Shown: positions 1 to 10,828, numbered from the stretch's first letter. The stretch: DNA of 64,000 nucleotides from an uncultured Bacilli bacterium (GCA_947585665.1 CANPXE010000001.1:13037-77036); one strand, 5' to 3'. Notes: generated by a model from the sequence alone, not told the origin. Translations and numbers: made by a program.

Positions 1-405
1 TTTCAAAGAACTAGGGTTTTCTTTAATACCAATAACTTCGGAAAGTGTATCATATGGTTGTCCACTAATACTAACTAAAGTATCTCCTGGTCTTAAAAGA
101 GCAAATAAAGTGACATTTAAAGCGTGTGAGCCAGATATGAATTGATTGCGCACTAACGCGTCTTCACTTCCTAAGACAGACGCAAAAATCTTTTCACAAA
201 CATCACGACCAATATCGTTATAACCATAACCTGTAGTCGTCGCAAAATGTACTTCTGATAATTCATAATCTTGAAAAGCTTTAATTACTTTTAAACTGTT
301 TTGAAGACTTATATCATCAATCTTTTTAAAGATTTCTTTTACTTCTTCTTCACAAGTATTGACTAATTCATATATATCTTTTTTAATTCCAAATTCTTCA
401 AACAT
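1..405 (-). CDS. PLP-dependent methionine gamma-lyase-family protein (YnbB / aluminium-resistance-protein family), N-terminal part; 3' end lies outside the window
   Basis: My reverse translation from ATG 405 gives MFEEFGIKKDIYELVNTCEEEVKEIFKKIDDISLQNSLKVIKAFQDYELSEVHFATTTGYGYNDIGRDVCEKIFA... This matches the remembered YnbB-family N-terminus (TGYGYxDxGRD). A GGGGGA RBS lies 7 nt upstream. Not in the ORF track because it is truncated. Confidence 0.6.
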   Translation of the reverse strand, partial: MFEEFGIKKDIYELVNTCEEEVKEIFKKIDDISLQNSLKVIKAFQDYELSEVHFATTTGYGYNDIGRDVCEKIFASVLGSEDALVRNQFISGSHALNVTLFALLRPGDTLVSISGQPYDTLSEVIGIKENPSSLK

Positions 406-1153
406 TTTCATTTCCCCCATCAACAACAATTATTTCACCATTTATGTAACTAGCATCATGCCCAGCAAGGAAAAGAACAACTTTCGCTATTTCTTCTGGT
501 TCAGCAAATCTCTTTAAACAAATTTTTTCACTTTCACTTTTGACAAATTGACCTTGTAATTCTTCATCTAACTCTTTATTTTTTTCCGTTAAAACCCAGC
601 CAGGAGCAACAGCATTAACGTTCACAAAAGGCGCAAAGACTTGAGCCATACTCTTAGTTAAAATATTAATACCTGCTTTACTCGTATCATACTCTAATGT
701 TTCAGGACTATATTTATTAATACTATTATTGGATGAAATATTGATAATTCTTCCTTTTTTTCTTTCCATCATATGTTTTCCAACCATTTGACTAACTAAA
801 AAAGTACCAATTAAATTAGTCTCTAAAACTTTTGTAAAACTATCTTTACTCTTAGCAAAAAAATCACTACTAACTTCAATAGCGGCATTATTAACTAAAA
901 CATCGATATGACCAAAATGTTCAATAACTTCATCAACCATTTTTTTAACTTCATCACTATTAGAGACGTCAGCTTTTACTACTTTAACTGAACAATCATA
1001 TTTAGTTTCTAGTTCGCTTTTTAATTTTTCTGCTTCTTCTTTAGAATTATTATAATTAATGATGACATTATACCCTTTTTTACAAAATTCTATAACACAA
1101 CTTTTTCCAATACCACGACTACTACCAGTCACTAAAACAACTTCTTTTTCCAT
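398..1153 (-). CDS. Short-chain dehydrogenase/reductase (FabG-like oxidoreductase)
   Basis: TGSSRGIG Rossmann motif, NNAA, and catalytic YxxxK (YDTSKAG). Start moved to MEKEVV, which has a GAGG RBS. Confidence 0.8.
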   Translation of the reverse strand: MEKEVVLVTGSSRGIGKSCVIEFCKKGYNVIINYNNSKEEAEKLKSELETKYDCSVKVVKADVSNSDEVKKMVDEVIEHFGHIDVLVNNAAIEVSSDFFAKSKDSFTKVLETNLIGTFLVSQMVGKHMMERKKGRIINISSNNSINKYSPETLEYDTSKAGINILTKSMAQVFAPFVNVNAVAPGWVLTEKNKELDEELQGQFVKSESEKICLKRFAEPEEIAKVVLFLAGHDASYINGEIIVVDGGNENV

Positions 1154-1177
1154 ATTAAACCTCAACAAAAAAGAGCT

Positions 1178-1735
1178 TTACGCTCTTGAAGAATACTTAC
1201 CATCAGCACTAGTTACTAAAATAGTTTCACCTTCGTTAATGAACAAAGGAACTTTAACAACTAACCCATTTTCAAGAGTTGCATCTTTCATAGCACTACT
1301 AGTCGTATTACCTTTTACTGCTGGCTCTGTATGTGTTACAACATATTCAATCTTATCAGGAAGAACTAATCCTATGACATCACCTTCGTACATTGTAATG
1401 AATACGGAAATATTTTCCTTTAAGAATTTAACATCATCACCAATAGAATCTTTATTTAATTCAATTTGTTCATAAGTTTGCATATTCATAAAGTAATATG
1501 TATCACCTTGTGAATATAAGTATTGCATTTCTCTTCTCTCAATTCGTGCAGCCTCTACTTTAACTCCAGCATTAAAAGTTGTTTCGATTGTTGTTCCATT
1601 CTTAATATTTTTTAATTTAGCACGAACAAAAGCAGAACCTTTTCCTGGTTTAACGTGTTGGAAATCAATAACAGTATAAATATTATTATCAATCTTAATT
1701 GTTAAACCATTTTTGAAATCATTAACATTTATCAT
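1178..1735 (-). CDS. efp: Translation elongation factor P
   Basis: 185 aa. Has the KPGKGSAFVRAKLKN loop and typical EF-P length and sequence. Confidence 0.95.
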   Translation of the reverse strand: MINVNDFKNGLTIKIDNNIYTVIDFQHVKPGKGSAFVRAKLKNIKNGTTIETTFNAGVKVEAARIERREMQYLYSQGDTYYFMNMQTYEQIELNKDSIGDDVKFLKENISVFITMYEGDVIGLVLPDKIEYVVTHTEPAVKGNTTSSAMKDATLENGLVVKVPLFINEGETILVTSADGKYSSRA

Positions 1736-1774
1736 AAAATGCTCCTTTCTCGGTCTTGTCTTTATTAATATTTA

Positions 1775-1939
1775 TTATTTTTTCTCTTTATGAACCGTAT
1801 GTTTTTGACATCTAGGGCAATATTTTTTTAATTCTAAACGATCTGTCGTATTTTTTACATTTTTTTCTACACGATAGTTTTCTTCATTACATTCAGTACA
1901 AACTAAAGTTTTATATTGTCTATTACCAACTTTTGCCAT
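1775..1939 (-). CDS. rpmG: 50S ribosomal protein L33
   Basis: [54 protein letters not shown]. Zinc-ribbon CxxC...CxxC L33 signature. Start trimmed to the internal ATG. Confidence 0.9.
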   Translation of the reverse strand: MAKVGNRQYKTLVCTECNEENYRVEKNVKNTTDRLELKKYCPRCQKHTVHKEKK

Positions 1940-2010
1940 AATATCCCTCCTCGCTTTTTCTATTGGTATTATATCAAATAAATGGGCATTTGCCAAAGGT
2001 TTTTTTTAAT

Positions 2011-3981
2011 TTAAGAGATTTTAAAGAATTTTTCACTAATTCGACGTGCTATTCGCTTATTAGCGTAACTTCTCGAAGACGATGGACTATCGACATAAAC
2101 AATGTTAGGAGAGACAACCGCAATCGTCATTTTCGGCTTGTCAAATGGTGCATAACCGACAAAAGTATTAGTAAGTGTTGCGGTATCAATTACGCCATCT
2201 TTGTTAGTATCCATAAATGATTGACTGGTTCCTGTTTTACCGGCTGGCTCCTTTATAGAACCCATATAATTTTTACCTAGACCATAACTCATAACTCCTC
2301 TAAAACCTTTTTGAATTCTTTTTAAATATTTAGAAGGAAGAGATAACTCATTTAAGACTTTGGGTTCTACTTTTATTAACTCGTCGTTATTGTAATAAGA
2401 TTTTAAAAGATGCGGTTCTAGTCTTTTACCGTTAGAAGCAATGGTCGTTACATACTGTGATAATTGAAGAATGGTATAAGTATCATATTGACCAATGGTA
2501 TAATTCAATAAAAGATCACTGGAATAGTCTTCTCCAACCGTTCCCGCACTTTCAAAAGGTAGATCAATTCCCGTTTTAACACCTAGACCATATTCATTAA
2601 ACATAGAGCGATACGTCTTAAAGACATCTTTTTTAACATTAAACTTTTTATTGTAACTATAATTGAAACCAGCTACTTTAAATGCTGTTTTAAATTGATA
2701 AATATTTGAAGAATACGCTAAAGCATCTAAATCATTAATACGCCCTAGTTTACTCCAAGAACACTTTTTAGGTTTAGAATAAATTTTTATGCAATCGTCA
2801 TACATGTATTCACCAATTTTAATCGCACCTTCTTTATAGCCAACGGACATCGAAGCACCTTTAACAACACTACCAACAGTAAAAGTATCTGTCGCAATAT
2901 TATGGGTGTAATCATATACTTTATAACCTTTTTTATCTTTTACGATTTGCTTTCCACTGATAGCTAGAACTTCTCCAGTATTCGGTTCTTGAATGACGAC
3001 AAAAGCATGATCATAATATTCGGTCTTACCATAGTTTTTAGCGTCAATCAATTCCTCTTTAATGGTTTTTTCTACTTCTTTTTGTAAATTTATATCAATT
3101 GATAAAACAATATCATTACCCCTTTTACCTTCTTCAATCAGTTTTAACTTTTTATTAACAATTTCATATTTGGCTTTTGTCCCCTTTAAAATATCTTCAT
3201 ACTGTTTTTCAATAAAACTCGTTCCAACAACATCGTTTAAACTGTAGCCCTTCTTTAAATATTCATCTTTTTCTTCACTACTAATACTTCCAATATTTCC
3301 TAACAAATCACGAAAAGTATCACCATAAGGATAGACTCTCTCCCAACTATATTTAATGTTAAATCCTCCTAAATTTTCATAATTTTCAACGATGTAAGCA
3401 ATCTCTTTATCAGTAATATTATCATCCTTAATAGCTTTGTCTTCATAGTAATAACCTTTATTCATCAAATAAAAAAGATAGGCAACAACTAAATCATCTT
3501 CTTTAAGTTCCTTTATCGTTTCCGAACTAATTCTTTTTTTCTTTAAATCATAAATATCACTATTAGTAAGTTTTCGACTATCATATAGTTTCCATTCACT
3601 CTCTTCAATTAATTCATCTAATTTATTGTCATCTCTTGCGATTAAAAAGTCTTTTATTTCATCATCAGTCAACTTACTATGATCAACTTTAATATGTTTA
3701 ATTATGTTATAGGCGTAGTCAATTTTCTCTTGATCGTTTAAATTTAAGACATTATTAAAGTAAATTATGGGAATACTCTTATTATCAACTAATAGATTCA
3801 TGTTACAATCATAAATTCTTCCTCTTGGTGTCGATGGTCCTAAAACGACATTATAAGTCATTTTATCAAGTTTTTCACTATAATAGTCACCTTTAATAAT
3901 AATTAAGTAAAAAAGACGTGACAAGATTATTGAAAAAGATAATAAGATGATGACACCTATAAAATTTATTCTCTTTTCCAT
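2011..3981 (-). CDS. Class B penicillin-binding protein (PBP2-type transpeptidase)
   Basis: N-terminal TM anchor, SxxK (SVVK), SxN (SSN) and KTG (GKTGTSQ) motifs. 656 aa. Confidence 0.85.
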   Translation of the reverse strand: MEKRINFIGVIILLSFSIILSRLFYLIIIKGDYYSEKLDKMTYNVVLGPSTPRGRIYDCNMNLLVDNKSIPIIYFNNVLNLNDQEKIDYAYNIIKHIKVDHSKLTDDEIKDFLIARDDNKLDELIEESEWKLYDSRKLTNSDIYDLKKKRISSETIKELKEDDLVVAYLFYLMNKGYYYEDKAIKDDNITDKEIAYIVENYENLGGFNIKYSWERVYPYGDTFRDLLGNIGSISSEEKDEYLKKGYSLNDVVGTSFIEKQYEDILKGTKAKYEIVNKKLKLIEEGKRGNDIVLSIDINLQKEVEKTIKEELIDAKNYGKTEYYDHAFVVIQEPNTGEVLAISGKQIVKDKKGYKVYDYTHNIATDTFTVGSVVKGASMSVGYKEGAIKIGEYMYDDCIKIYSKPKKCSWSKLGRINDLDALAYSSNIYQFKTAFKVAGFNYSYNKKFNVKKDVFKTYRSMFNEYGLGVKTGIDLPFESAGTVGEDYSSDLLLNYTIGQYDTYTILQLSQYVTTIASNGKRLEPHLLKSYYNNDELIKVEPKVLNELSLPSKYLKRIQKGFRGVMSYGLGKNYMGSIKEPAGKTGTSQSFMDTNKDGVIDTATLTNTFVGYAPFDKPKMTIAVVSPNIVYVDSPSSSRSYANKRIARRISEKFFKIS

Positions 3982-4059
3982 AAAATCACCCAGTATTATT
4001 TTGGATTAAAAAAATGTAATTATTTATGAAAGAGACCATATAATTTATTGGTGATAACA

Positions 4060-4311
4060 ATGGAAGAAATGTTAAGAGAATACGTTAAAAATATTGATGA
4101 ATATACAATTGAAAAATTTGCTCAAAGTAATGGTATAAATCTAAGTGATGATGAGAAAAAAATTATTTATTTATACATCAAAAACTACTGGTATCAATTT
4201 TATAAGGGCGATGCTAATGAATTATTTAAGGAACTAGAAGAACAACTACGTAAAGAAACATATCAAAAGATTCTAGAATTATATAATAAATATAAAAAGA
4301 AGATTAAATAA
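4060..4311 (+). CDS. Small DUF2624/YqfT-like protein
   Basis: 83-aa helical protein next to nfo, mirroring the B. subtilis yqfT-yqfS(nfo) neighbourhood. Family assignment is from memory. Confidence 0.5.
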   Translation: MEEMLREYVKNIDEYTIEKFAQSNGINLSDDEKKIIYLYIKNYWYQFYKGDANELFKELEEQLRKETYQKILELYNKYKKKIK

Positions 4312-4314
4312 TTT

Positions 4315-5190
4315 TTAATCTTCTTCTAGTTTTTCTTTTAACTTTTCATCAAACTTTTGTGCTCTAATCATAGCGATTTCTTCTTTGTATGGTGGCTTTT
4401 CACCTACATATGGTGTCTCTAATATCTTAGGGATATCTTCTAAACGCTTGTTATAAATAATTTTAATTAAATTATCAAAGCCAATGGTACCAAAGCCAAT
4501 GTTTTCATGACGGTCTTTATGAGAACCACAAACATTTTTACTATCATTGATGTGAATGCATTTAACGTATGAAAGCCCAACTACTTTATCAAATTCATCA
4601 AGTAACTTATCAAAATCGGTCACATCGTATCCTGCGTCATTTAAGTGACACGTATCAAGACAAACACCAATTCGATCTTTATTTTCAACGCCATCAATAA
4701 TTCTTTTTATCTCTTCAAAATTACGTCCAACTTCACTACCCTTACCAGCCATTGTCTCTAAAAGAATAGTCACCGGACTATCGACTAAAACTTCATTTAA
4801 ACCATGGATTATGTTATCAATTCCCATATCGACACCTAAACCAACATGACTTCCAGGATGAAGAACCATCCATTTAATGCCAAGCATCGCACAACGCTCA
4901 ACTTCTTCCTTTAAAAAGCGAACTGAAAATTTAAATTTATCCGGATCACCATTAGCCAAATTGATGATGTAAGGGGCATGAACGACAACATTACTATAAT
5001 CAATGTTCTCTTCCTTCATCTTCTCCATTGCTTGAAGAGTAAGACCATCAACGATTTTACCACGAACAGTATTTTGAGGTGCTCCGGTATAAAACATAAA
5101 AGTATTAGCGCCATAACTCAAAGCTTCATTCAAACTACCAAGTAATTGCGTATCTTTATTAAAACCAACATGATTACCAATTATTAACAT
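4315..5190 (-). CDS. nfo: Endonuclease IV (deoxyribonuclease IV)
   Basis: 291 aa, TIM-barrel Nfo-like sequence ([23 protein letters not shown], HxNDS). Confidence 0.9.
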   Translation of the reverse strand: MLIIGNHVGFNKDTQLLGSLNEALSYGANTFMFYTGAPQNTVRGKIVDGLTLQAMEKMKEENIDYSNVVVHAPYIINLANGDPDKFKFSVRFLKEEVERCAMLGIKWMVLHPGSHVGLGVDMGIDNIIHGLNEVLVDSPVTILLETMAGKGSEVGRNFEEIKRIIDGVENKDRIGVCLDTCHLNDAGYDVTDFDKLLDEFDKVVGLSYVKCIHINDSKNVCGSHKDRHENIGFGTIGFDNLIKIIYNKRLEDIPKILETPYVGEKPPYKEEIAMIRAQKFDEKLKEKLEED

Positions 5191-5240
5191 AATACCACCT
5201 CAATAAAATTATACAAAGTAAATAAAATAAAGTAAATGGC

Positions 5241-5267
5241 AAAAGAAAAAAGACTTAGAAAGTCTTT
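5241..5267 (-). terminator. Rho-independent terminator after the pilin operon
   Basis: On the minus strand, an 8-bp stem AAAGACTT/AAGTCTTT with a 3-nt loop is followed by TTTCTTTT, 11 nt after the pilin stop. Confidence 0.7.
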
Positions 5268-5277
5268 AATCATCATA

Positions 5278-5850
5278 TTATGCAACTTTTTCTTTACAAG
5301 TGCTATCAGCATATTCATATATAACTGGTTTTACTTCTACTTCTTCAACACCACTATCAAGTGTTAATTTTTGAACTGTTTTTATAGTATCCTTTGTTAT
5401 ATCTTTTATTGGGTTAACAATCTTTGAAGCATTAATATCTTTTTGAAGAGTTAATGGCATACCATATCCTGCACTATCAATAAATGTGAAATAATATTCA
5501 TATGAATAATCTTGGGAATTATAATGAACTGCTACAAAAGTTTGACCATCTACCCAGTTTCCGAATGGATTAGATCCACCTTTTTCTAGTTTAATACAAG
5601 ACCAATCTTCATTACTAACTGGTATGAAGTATAACTTACTAGCATCGGATAGAGCTCCCCAACTATTATCATTAACATTAGTAGCAACCTCAGTAATGAA
5701 TTGATCAATTGTACTTGCTAATGTTTTCTTTCTTGATTGTGTAATATATCTAGTTACACTTGGAATAGCTATAGCCATTAATAAACCTAAAATTACGATA
5801 ACTGCCAATAACTCAATTAATGTAAAACCTTTCTTATTAATTTTTTTCAT
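5278..5850 (-). CDS. Type IV pilin / pseudopilin-like protein with prepilin N-terminal cleavage-methylation signal
   Basis: MKKINKKG|FTLIELLAVIVILGLL is a class III signal with Glu at +5. 190 aa. Confidence 0.85.
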   Translation of the reverse strand: MKKINKKGFTLIELLAVIVILGLLMAIAIPSVTRYITQSRKKTLASTIDQFITEVATNVNDNSWGALSDASKLYFIPVSNEDWSCIKLEKGGSNPFGNWVDGQTFVAVHYNSQDYSYEYYFTFIDSAGYGMPLTLQKDINASKIVNPIKDITKDTIKTVQKLTLDSGVEEVEVKPVIYEYADSTCKEKVA

Positions 5851-5950
5851 TTAAAAATCCTTCCTTTCTATTTTACTTATAATATAATAATATATTAATT
5901 ATTTTTTAAAGTCAATATTGTTTACATAAATTATTTTAAATATGTAAAGT

Positions 5951-6514
5951 TTATTGATCGTTGATAAAAATGGCCTTACCATTTAATGGAGAAAGAACAC
6001 TTATACTATTATCACCTAACAAATCAAATAAATTTCCCATTGCACCACTTGATTTAACTAAGTCATAACGATTATCAGTATTTAAATCATTTAATTCAGA
6101 AAAATCAATTCCACGCCAATGACTATAATCACCAGTATCACAACTAGATCCTTCCGTACAACTTACTAAATGAACATAGTATACATATTTACTTCCACTC
6201 ATCGTAATTGCTACAAATGATCCTTTTTTATCATATGCTGAACCATAAGGATCTTCTTCAATATCCGTTGTGTTTAAGTATTCCAAAGTAATTACTAAAA
6301 CCTGATTAGCACTTACTGGTAATTGTAATTTTTTATCGGTTTGTGACTTACTTTGCGCTAACGATATAAATGTCTTCGCATTCTCAATATAAGTCGTTTT
6401 CCTATTCTTTTCAATTAAACCAACCGTATTAGGAATAGCGATTGTCATAATTATTCCCAAAATAACAACGACAGCTAATAACTCTATCAATGTAAAACCT
6501 TTATTATTCCTCAT
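5951..6514 (-). CDS. Type IV pilin / pseudopilin-like protein (second copy)
   Basis: MRNNKG|FTLIELLAVVVILGII. Start trimmed to MRNNKG. Shares the D/NP-F/Y-G ... FVA motif with the neighbouring pilin. Confidence 0.85.
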   Translation of the reverse strand: MRNNKGFTLIELLAVVVILGIIMTIAIPNTVGLIEKNRKTTYIENAKTFISLAQSKSQTDKKLQLPVSANQVLVITLEYLNTTDIEEDPYGSAYDKKGSFVAITMSGSKYVYYVHLVSCTEGSSCDTGDYSHWRGIDFSELNDLNTDNRYDLVKSSGAMGNLFDLLGDNSISVLSPLNGKAIFINDQ

Positions 6515-6607
6515 ATAATCACCTATCCTAATATATAGTATAACTTTTTTATCTATATTTATCAACAAATAAAAAGAGTAAAGGACTTTATCTTTACTCT
6601 TATTTTA

Positions 6608-7027
6608 CTATTTTTGTAATAGATTTAATAAATTTACTTTAAACATATCTTTTTCTGGATTTGATTTAGAAATCATAACACCTTTATATGTACCTAATTC
6701 AGCACGATGTCCTTCATCCAAAATACCTTCAGGTGTAATATTTGTTAAAAGAATGATTTTCTTATCTTCATAAACTGTATAATGTAATTTAATTTCACCA
6801 TGAACTTTAACAAATAGTTCATCAGTTGGTAATTTTAAAACATAATCACTTGTCTTAGCTTTCTTATTAACCGCAACTAATTCACCTAAAAAGTTACCAT
6901 TTCTAATTTCTGGATAATATTCAAATGTCAACTTCTTATAAGCAAGCATATTATATTTTCTTACAGTTCTTTCTTTTTTACGAAAATCATTTTCATTTAA
7001 ATATTCAAAGATATAAGTTTGTTTCAT
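6608..7027 (-). CDS. Hypothetical protein, first gene of the pilin operon
   Basis: Good ORF with AAAGGGG RBS 9 nt before ATG (MKQTYIFEY...). No family recognised with confidence. Confidence 0.6.
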   Translation of the reverse strand: MKQTYIFEYLNENDFRKKERTVRKYNMLAYKKLTFEYYPEIRNGNFLGELVAVNKKAKTSDYVLKLPTDELFVKVHGEIKLHYTVYEDKKIILLTNITPEGILDEGHRAELGTYKGVMISKSNPEKDMFKVNLLNLLQK

Positions 7028-7110
7028 AGAATTCAACCCCTTTACCCCCTGATTAAAAGTTTTAACCCCTTTTTATACACCGAGTATCTTAACTCTCTCA
7101 ATGTGCTGTT

Positions 7111-7139
7111 ATTATAACACATATGTTAAAAAATGTCAA
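7111..7139 (-). promoter_or_regulatory. Consensus sigma-A promoter for the hypothetical-pilin-pilin operon
   Basis: The minus strand reads TTGACA-17 nt-TATAAT, preceded by a TGt extended -10. It lies about 75 nt upstream of the 6608..7027 start. Confidence 0.7.
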
Positions 7140-7170
7140 ATTTTTTTAAAAAAACTTGACAAATTTACTT

Positions 7171-10125
7171 TTATTTCTTTTTAAAGACAAATAATTTACT
7201 AAATATATAATTAAAAATCATTATTAACACTTGTGTTACAATGGTCCAAATTAGAACCCAAGAATCAGTATTTAGTCTTAAGAGTGTTACAAAGAACCAC
7301 ATTATGACCATTTCCATTACTAAAGTAAGAATTCTTGCTCCAAAGAATTGTACCATTTCTTTTAAAATGTGTTTATTCTTACTATAAAAGACAAACAAGC
7401 GATTAGCAACATAAGCAAATAAAACAGCACAAATCCAAGATATGATAATCGCAACTTGTAGTTCAAAAGCATTTTCAGCATCTAATACTGTAAACAACAA
7501 TAACCATTTAGAACCCAAACTGACAATTGTCGTCAAGACCCCTACGACTAAATAATTAAAGATTTCTTTATACTTATTGTATATTCCCATTACAAATTTA
7601 AAAAATTTAGTTTGCGGATTTTTAATTTCAGCAATCACTTTTTTTATTGTTCCCATAAACACCTCAATTATAAAGAATAGTAAACCTATTAAAGATAAGA
7701 TGATACCTACTTTTTTATAAGGAGATTCATACTTAATTAATACTTCATGATGACCTCTATCGATTTCAAAACCAATAAAATCAACATCTGTATTTATATA
7801 ATTTACTTTTTGATCATCGACATAAATAGTAAATCCTTCATCATAAGGAACTGATAAGTTAAAGTATCCCTTTTCTTTAACATCAATACTACCATATATT
7901 TTATCACCCTTAGTCTTTTCACGATCTAACACAAAAGGACTAATATTTTTAGTTATCTCTTCTATTTTTTCATATTCTAATGTATAAAGTTCAAAGTCTG
8001 AAAGATCAAAATTTCCTTTCGAAAAAGAAATATCTAACTCATCTAAATTGACATTATCTAAAACATATTCAAAATCATAATTATTATTGTTATATTTCCA
8101 TCCCCTACAACTCAATTTATTAGTTTGATCATTAATAGTTATATAAGTATCTCCTACGCCACAACGCTCTTGATAATTCATCTTAAATCTAATCACTAAT
8201 ATTTTATTTTCTAAATTATTATTTATTTTTAATTTGACAAGATTATTATTTTTATCAGAATTAATAATAATATTATTTTCTTTTTCTTCATATGAAATAT
8301 TATTTTCTAGGACTTCATAATCTAAATCAATCTTTTTAAAGACCTTTTCATAATCGCTTTCAATATTATCATCATCAATAATTACATAATTTAAATAAGC
8401 ATATAATTGTTCTGGATAAGGAAGATTTTCATACTCTTTTAAACTCATAACTTTATTTTTAACATATCCTATTGGTAAAACATTTTCATTTTTATAGACT
8501 TTATCTTTATCTTTTTTATAAAAATATGAATCTAAATCATCCGTTACAATATATTTATTACCTAAATAGATATTATAAAACAAATTATTAGTATTTGTCA
8601 TTTGACGATAACTTCGACATAAAATATTGTTACCAATTTTTTGATAATAAAAGTCTTCATAAGGACGTGATTGATTAGAAGAATAAATAGTTGTTCCATA
8701 ATAATCTTCATCATAAACACGGTTAGAACCATTTAAATCTTTATCATAAAGATTAATACGATATGATGAAGAATCTTCTTTTAAAAGATCAACAATTGGT
8801 TCTTCAAATCTATCGTTTAAATCTCTTCTAACTAAATTGTCACCACAATTAAAAGCAATACTAAAAACTAATAGAACTGGCAATAATAAAACATAAAATA
8901 ATGTAAAACTATTCCTTTTATTTAAAAAGTAAAGACAAAGCAAAACTATTGGTAACTCAATAATTAAATCTTCAACTAAAGATGTTCTTATAAAGTATAG
9001 TGACAAAGAACATAAGAAAATAGTTAACATTGAAATAATTGTTACCTTTACTTTTTTAGTAGATACATCTTTTAGAGTATTACCAATCAAAATTATAAAT
9101 AATGGTAATAGTGGAATCAAAGCCTTATATTCAACATATAGTCCCCCATTTAGACAAAAAGTAAAGATGGGAAAAGTAACAATTAAGAAAAGAATTATTC
9201 CTAAAAAGACATTTTCTTTTTTCTTACTAAAGATACTGTAAATAAGACTAAATATGGCAATCGAAGATAGCCCTAAACTATAAGAACTATAAAGAATCGT
9301 CTTAATTGAAAAGTAAGGACGGAATAAAGCAATGATATTAATTGTTTCACTACCAGTAGTCTCACGCCCAATTAAAAGTGAAAAGAAAGTTGGAACAATT
9401 AAGATACAAGATAATAAAACGCCTATAAAAATAGGTATTAAGAACTTGATACCATCTAAGATAAAAGACTTAATCGTAATCTTATCATTCTTCTTTATAT
9501 AACAATATATGCCATAAATAACGATTGATAGAAGACCTCCAACACTATAAAAATAACTTGTCATTATCATTAAAAAGACCGCTATTGTCAATAAGACATA
9601 ACTCTTCTTTTCAAAATACTTTTCAACACCGAAATATCCCAATAAAAGAAATGGAAAATAATTGATAAACATGATGTGACGATGTCCCTGAAAGATAATT
9701 GGTGTTGCCATTAAAAAGATAAAACTACTAATTAAAGCACATTTACTATCCGTTTTCTTCTTCATGAAAAAATACATCATTATCGTACTTACAAGAATAC
9801 AAATAATTGTTGATAGAGAAATAAATTCACGCATTGGTATAAATGGTAACAAATAAGAAATTAAAATAATTGGACTTAAAAAGCCATAATAAGCAAAATT
9901 ATAAATATTTTGACCACTTCCTAAATTAAAAGCAAAATTAGGAAATAAATTATGGTTTTCATAAAAAAGCATTCGAAAATATTCAGGAACAATAGAATGT
10001 TGCTGACTCCAATCCTTAGTTGATCCAAAAAAATAAGTAAATCTCGTTATCGCAAAATAGACGATAAAAAAAGAAATTATTAAAATTATTATGTTTATGA
10101 TATTATGTTTCGTTTCTTTCTTCAT
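7171..10125 (-). CDS. YfhO-family polytopic glycosyltransferase fused to a C-terminal GtrA-like domain
   Basis: About 850 aa with many TM helices and an extracytoplasmic domain typical of YfhO. The last ~130 aa (FNYLVVGVLTT...NRLFVF...SKLFVF) form a 4-TM GtrA-family domain. Start set at the ATG preceded by AAGGAG. Overlaps the upstream gene by 23 nt. Confidence 0.75.
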   Translation of the reverse strand: MKKETKHNIINIIILIISFFIVYFAITRFTYFFGSTKDWSQQHSIVPEYFRMLFYENHNLFPNFAFNLGSGQNIYNFAYYGFLSPIILISYLLPFIPMREFISLSTIICILVSTIMMYFFMKKKTDSKCALISSFIFLMATPIIFQGHRHIMFINYFPFLLLGYFGVEKYFEKKSYVLLTIAVFLMIMTSYFYSVGGLLSIVIYGIYCYIKKNDKITIKSFILDGIKFLIPIFIGVLLSCILIVPTFFSLLIGRETTGSETINIIALFRPYFSIKTILYSSYSLGLSSIAIFSLIYSIFSKKKENVFLGIILFLIVTFPIFTFCLNGGLYVEYKALIPLLPLFIILIGNTLKDVSTKKVKVTIISMLTIFLCSLSLYFIRTSLVEDLIIELPIVLLCLYFLNKRNSFTLFYVLLLPVLLVFSIAFNCGDNLVRRDLNDRFEEPIVDLLKEDSSSYRINLYDKDLNGSNRVYDEDYYGTTIYSSNQSRPYEDFYYQKIGNNILCRSYRQMTNTNNLFYNIYLGNKYIVTDDLDSYFYKKDKDKVYKNENVLPIGYVKNKVMSLKEYENLPYPEQLYAYLNYVIIDDDNIESDYEKVFKKIDLDYEVLENNISYEEKENNIIINSDKNNNLVKLKINNNLENKILVIRFKMNYQERCGVGDTYITINDQTNKLSCRGWKYNNNNYDFEYVLDNVNLDELDISFSKGNFDLSDFELYTLEYEKIEEITKNISPFVLDREKTKGDKIYGSIDVKEKGYFNLSVPYDEGFTIYVDDQKVNYINTDVDFIGFEIDRGHHEVLIKYESPYKKVGIILSLIGLLFFIIEVFMGTIKKVIAEIKNPQTKFFKFVMGIYNKYKEIFNYLVVGVLTTIVSLGSKWLLLFTVLDAENAFELQVAIIISWICAVLFAYVANRLFVFYSKNKHILKEMVQFFGARILTLVMEMVIMWFFVTLLRLNTDSWVLIWTIVTQVLIMIFNYIFSKLFVFKKK

Positions 10126-10828
10126 TTTTTTCTCCTTCATATTTATCCCACATTTCATAATGTAACATATGACCAAATTGTTTTTTTACCCATCTTTGTG
10201 ATTCATATAAATCAAGTACGCGCATTTTTTCTTTATACAAATCATCTGGTAAAGGGACTAATTTATCAATGACTTTACCAATTTTCTTTTTAGTATAATA
10301 TTTACCAAAATAATAAAAATCAGTTGTCATATTATTATTTTCATATATATCAGTAACAATTCTTGCCGTCATCTTATGTTGAAGATGTCCATAAACACCA
10401 GCTAAATCATAAGTAACTATCGTCTCCCAATCATTACTCAAAAGAATTCTTTCAACATCATCATAAATGTCATCATAACAATATTTCCATTCGCTTCTTT
10501 TATGACCAATCAATAAATCAGGATATCCTAAAGCAACATAGCTGTTATTAGTTGCTTCGGCTACTCTTTTAAATTCATTTAAACGACGCGGATTACTACC
10601 ACAAGTTATGCATACTACTAAATAATCATCTTCAATTAGATGCCCTCCACCCCATAAAATATCATCATCAGGATGAGCAACAATCATTACTTTTTTATAC
10701 TTTTCTAAGTTTGTTTTATGTAAATCAGCATTTTCTCTAATGGGAAGATGATATATAACATAAGAACTTACTAGAACAAACACTAACATTAATAAACATT
10801 TTAATATAAATACCAACTTATACTTCAC
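10103..10828 (-). CDS. PIG-L / LmbE-family deacetylase
   Basis: N-terminal TM plus the VMIVAHPDDDILWGG motif (AHPDD). GTG start with GGTGAG RBS. Confidence 0.75.
   Translation of the reverse strand: MKYKLVFILKCLLMLVFVLVSSYVIYHLPIRENADLHKTNLEKYKKVMIVAHPDDDILWGGGHLIEDDYLVVCITCGSNPRRLNEFKRVAEATNNSYVALGYPDLLIGHKRSEWKYCYDDIYDDVERILLSNDWETIVTYDLAGVYGHLQHKMTARIVTDIYENNNMTTDFYYFGKYYTKKKIGKVIDKLVPLPDDLYKEKMRVLDLYESQRWVKKQFGHMLHYEMWDKYEGEKNEERNET

Noticed and set aside
6608-7027. RelE/ParE-like toxin call for the 139-aa protein (segment LHYTVYEDKKIILLTNITP resembles the RIxY..xxxxIxIxxIxH pattern)
   Set aside because: The resemblance is limited to one short strand-like segment. There is no adjacent antitoxin-sized gene, and the gene heads a pilin operon. 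It is left as hypothetical.
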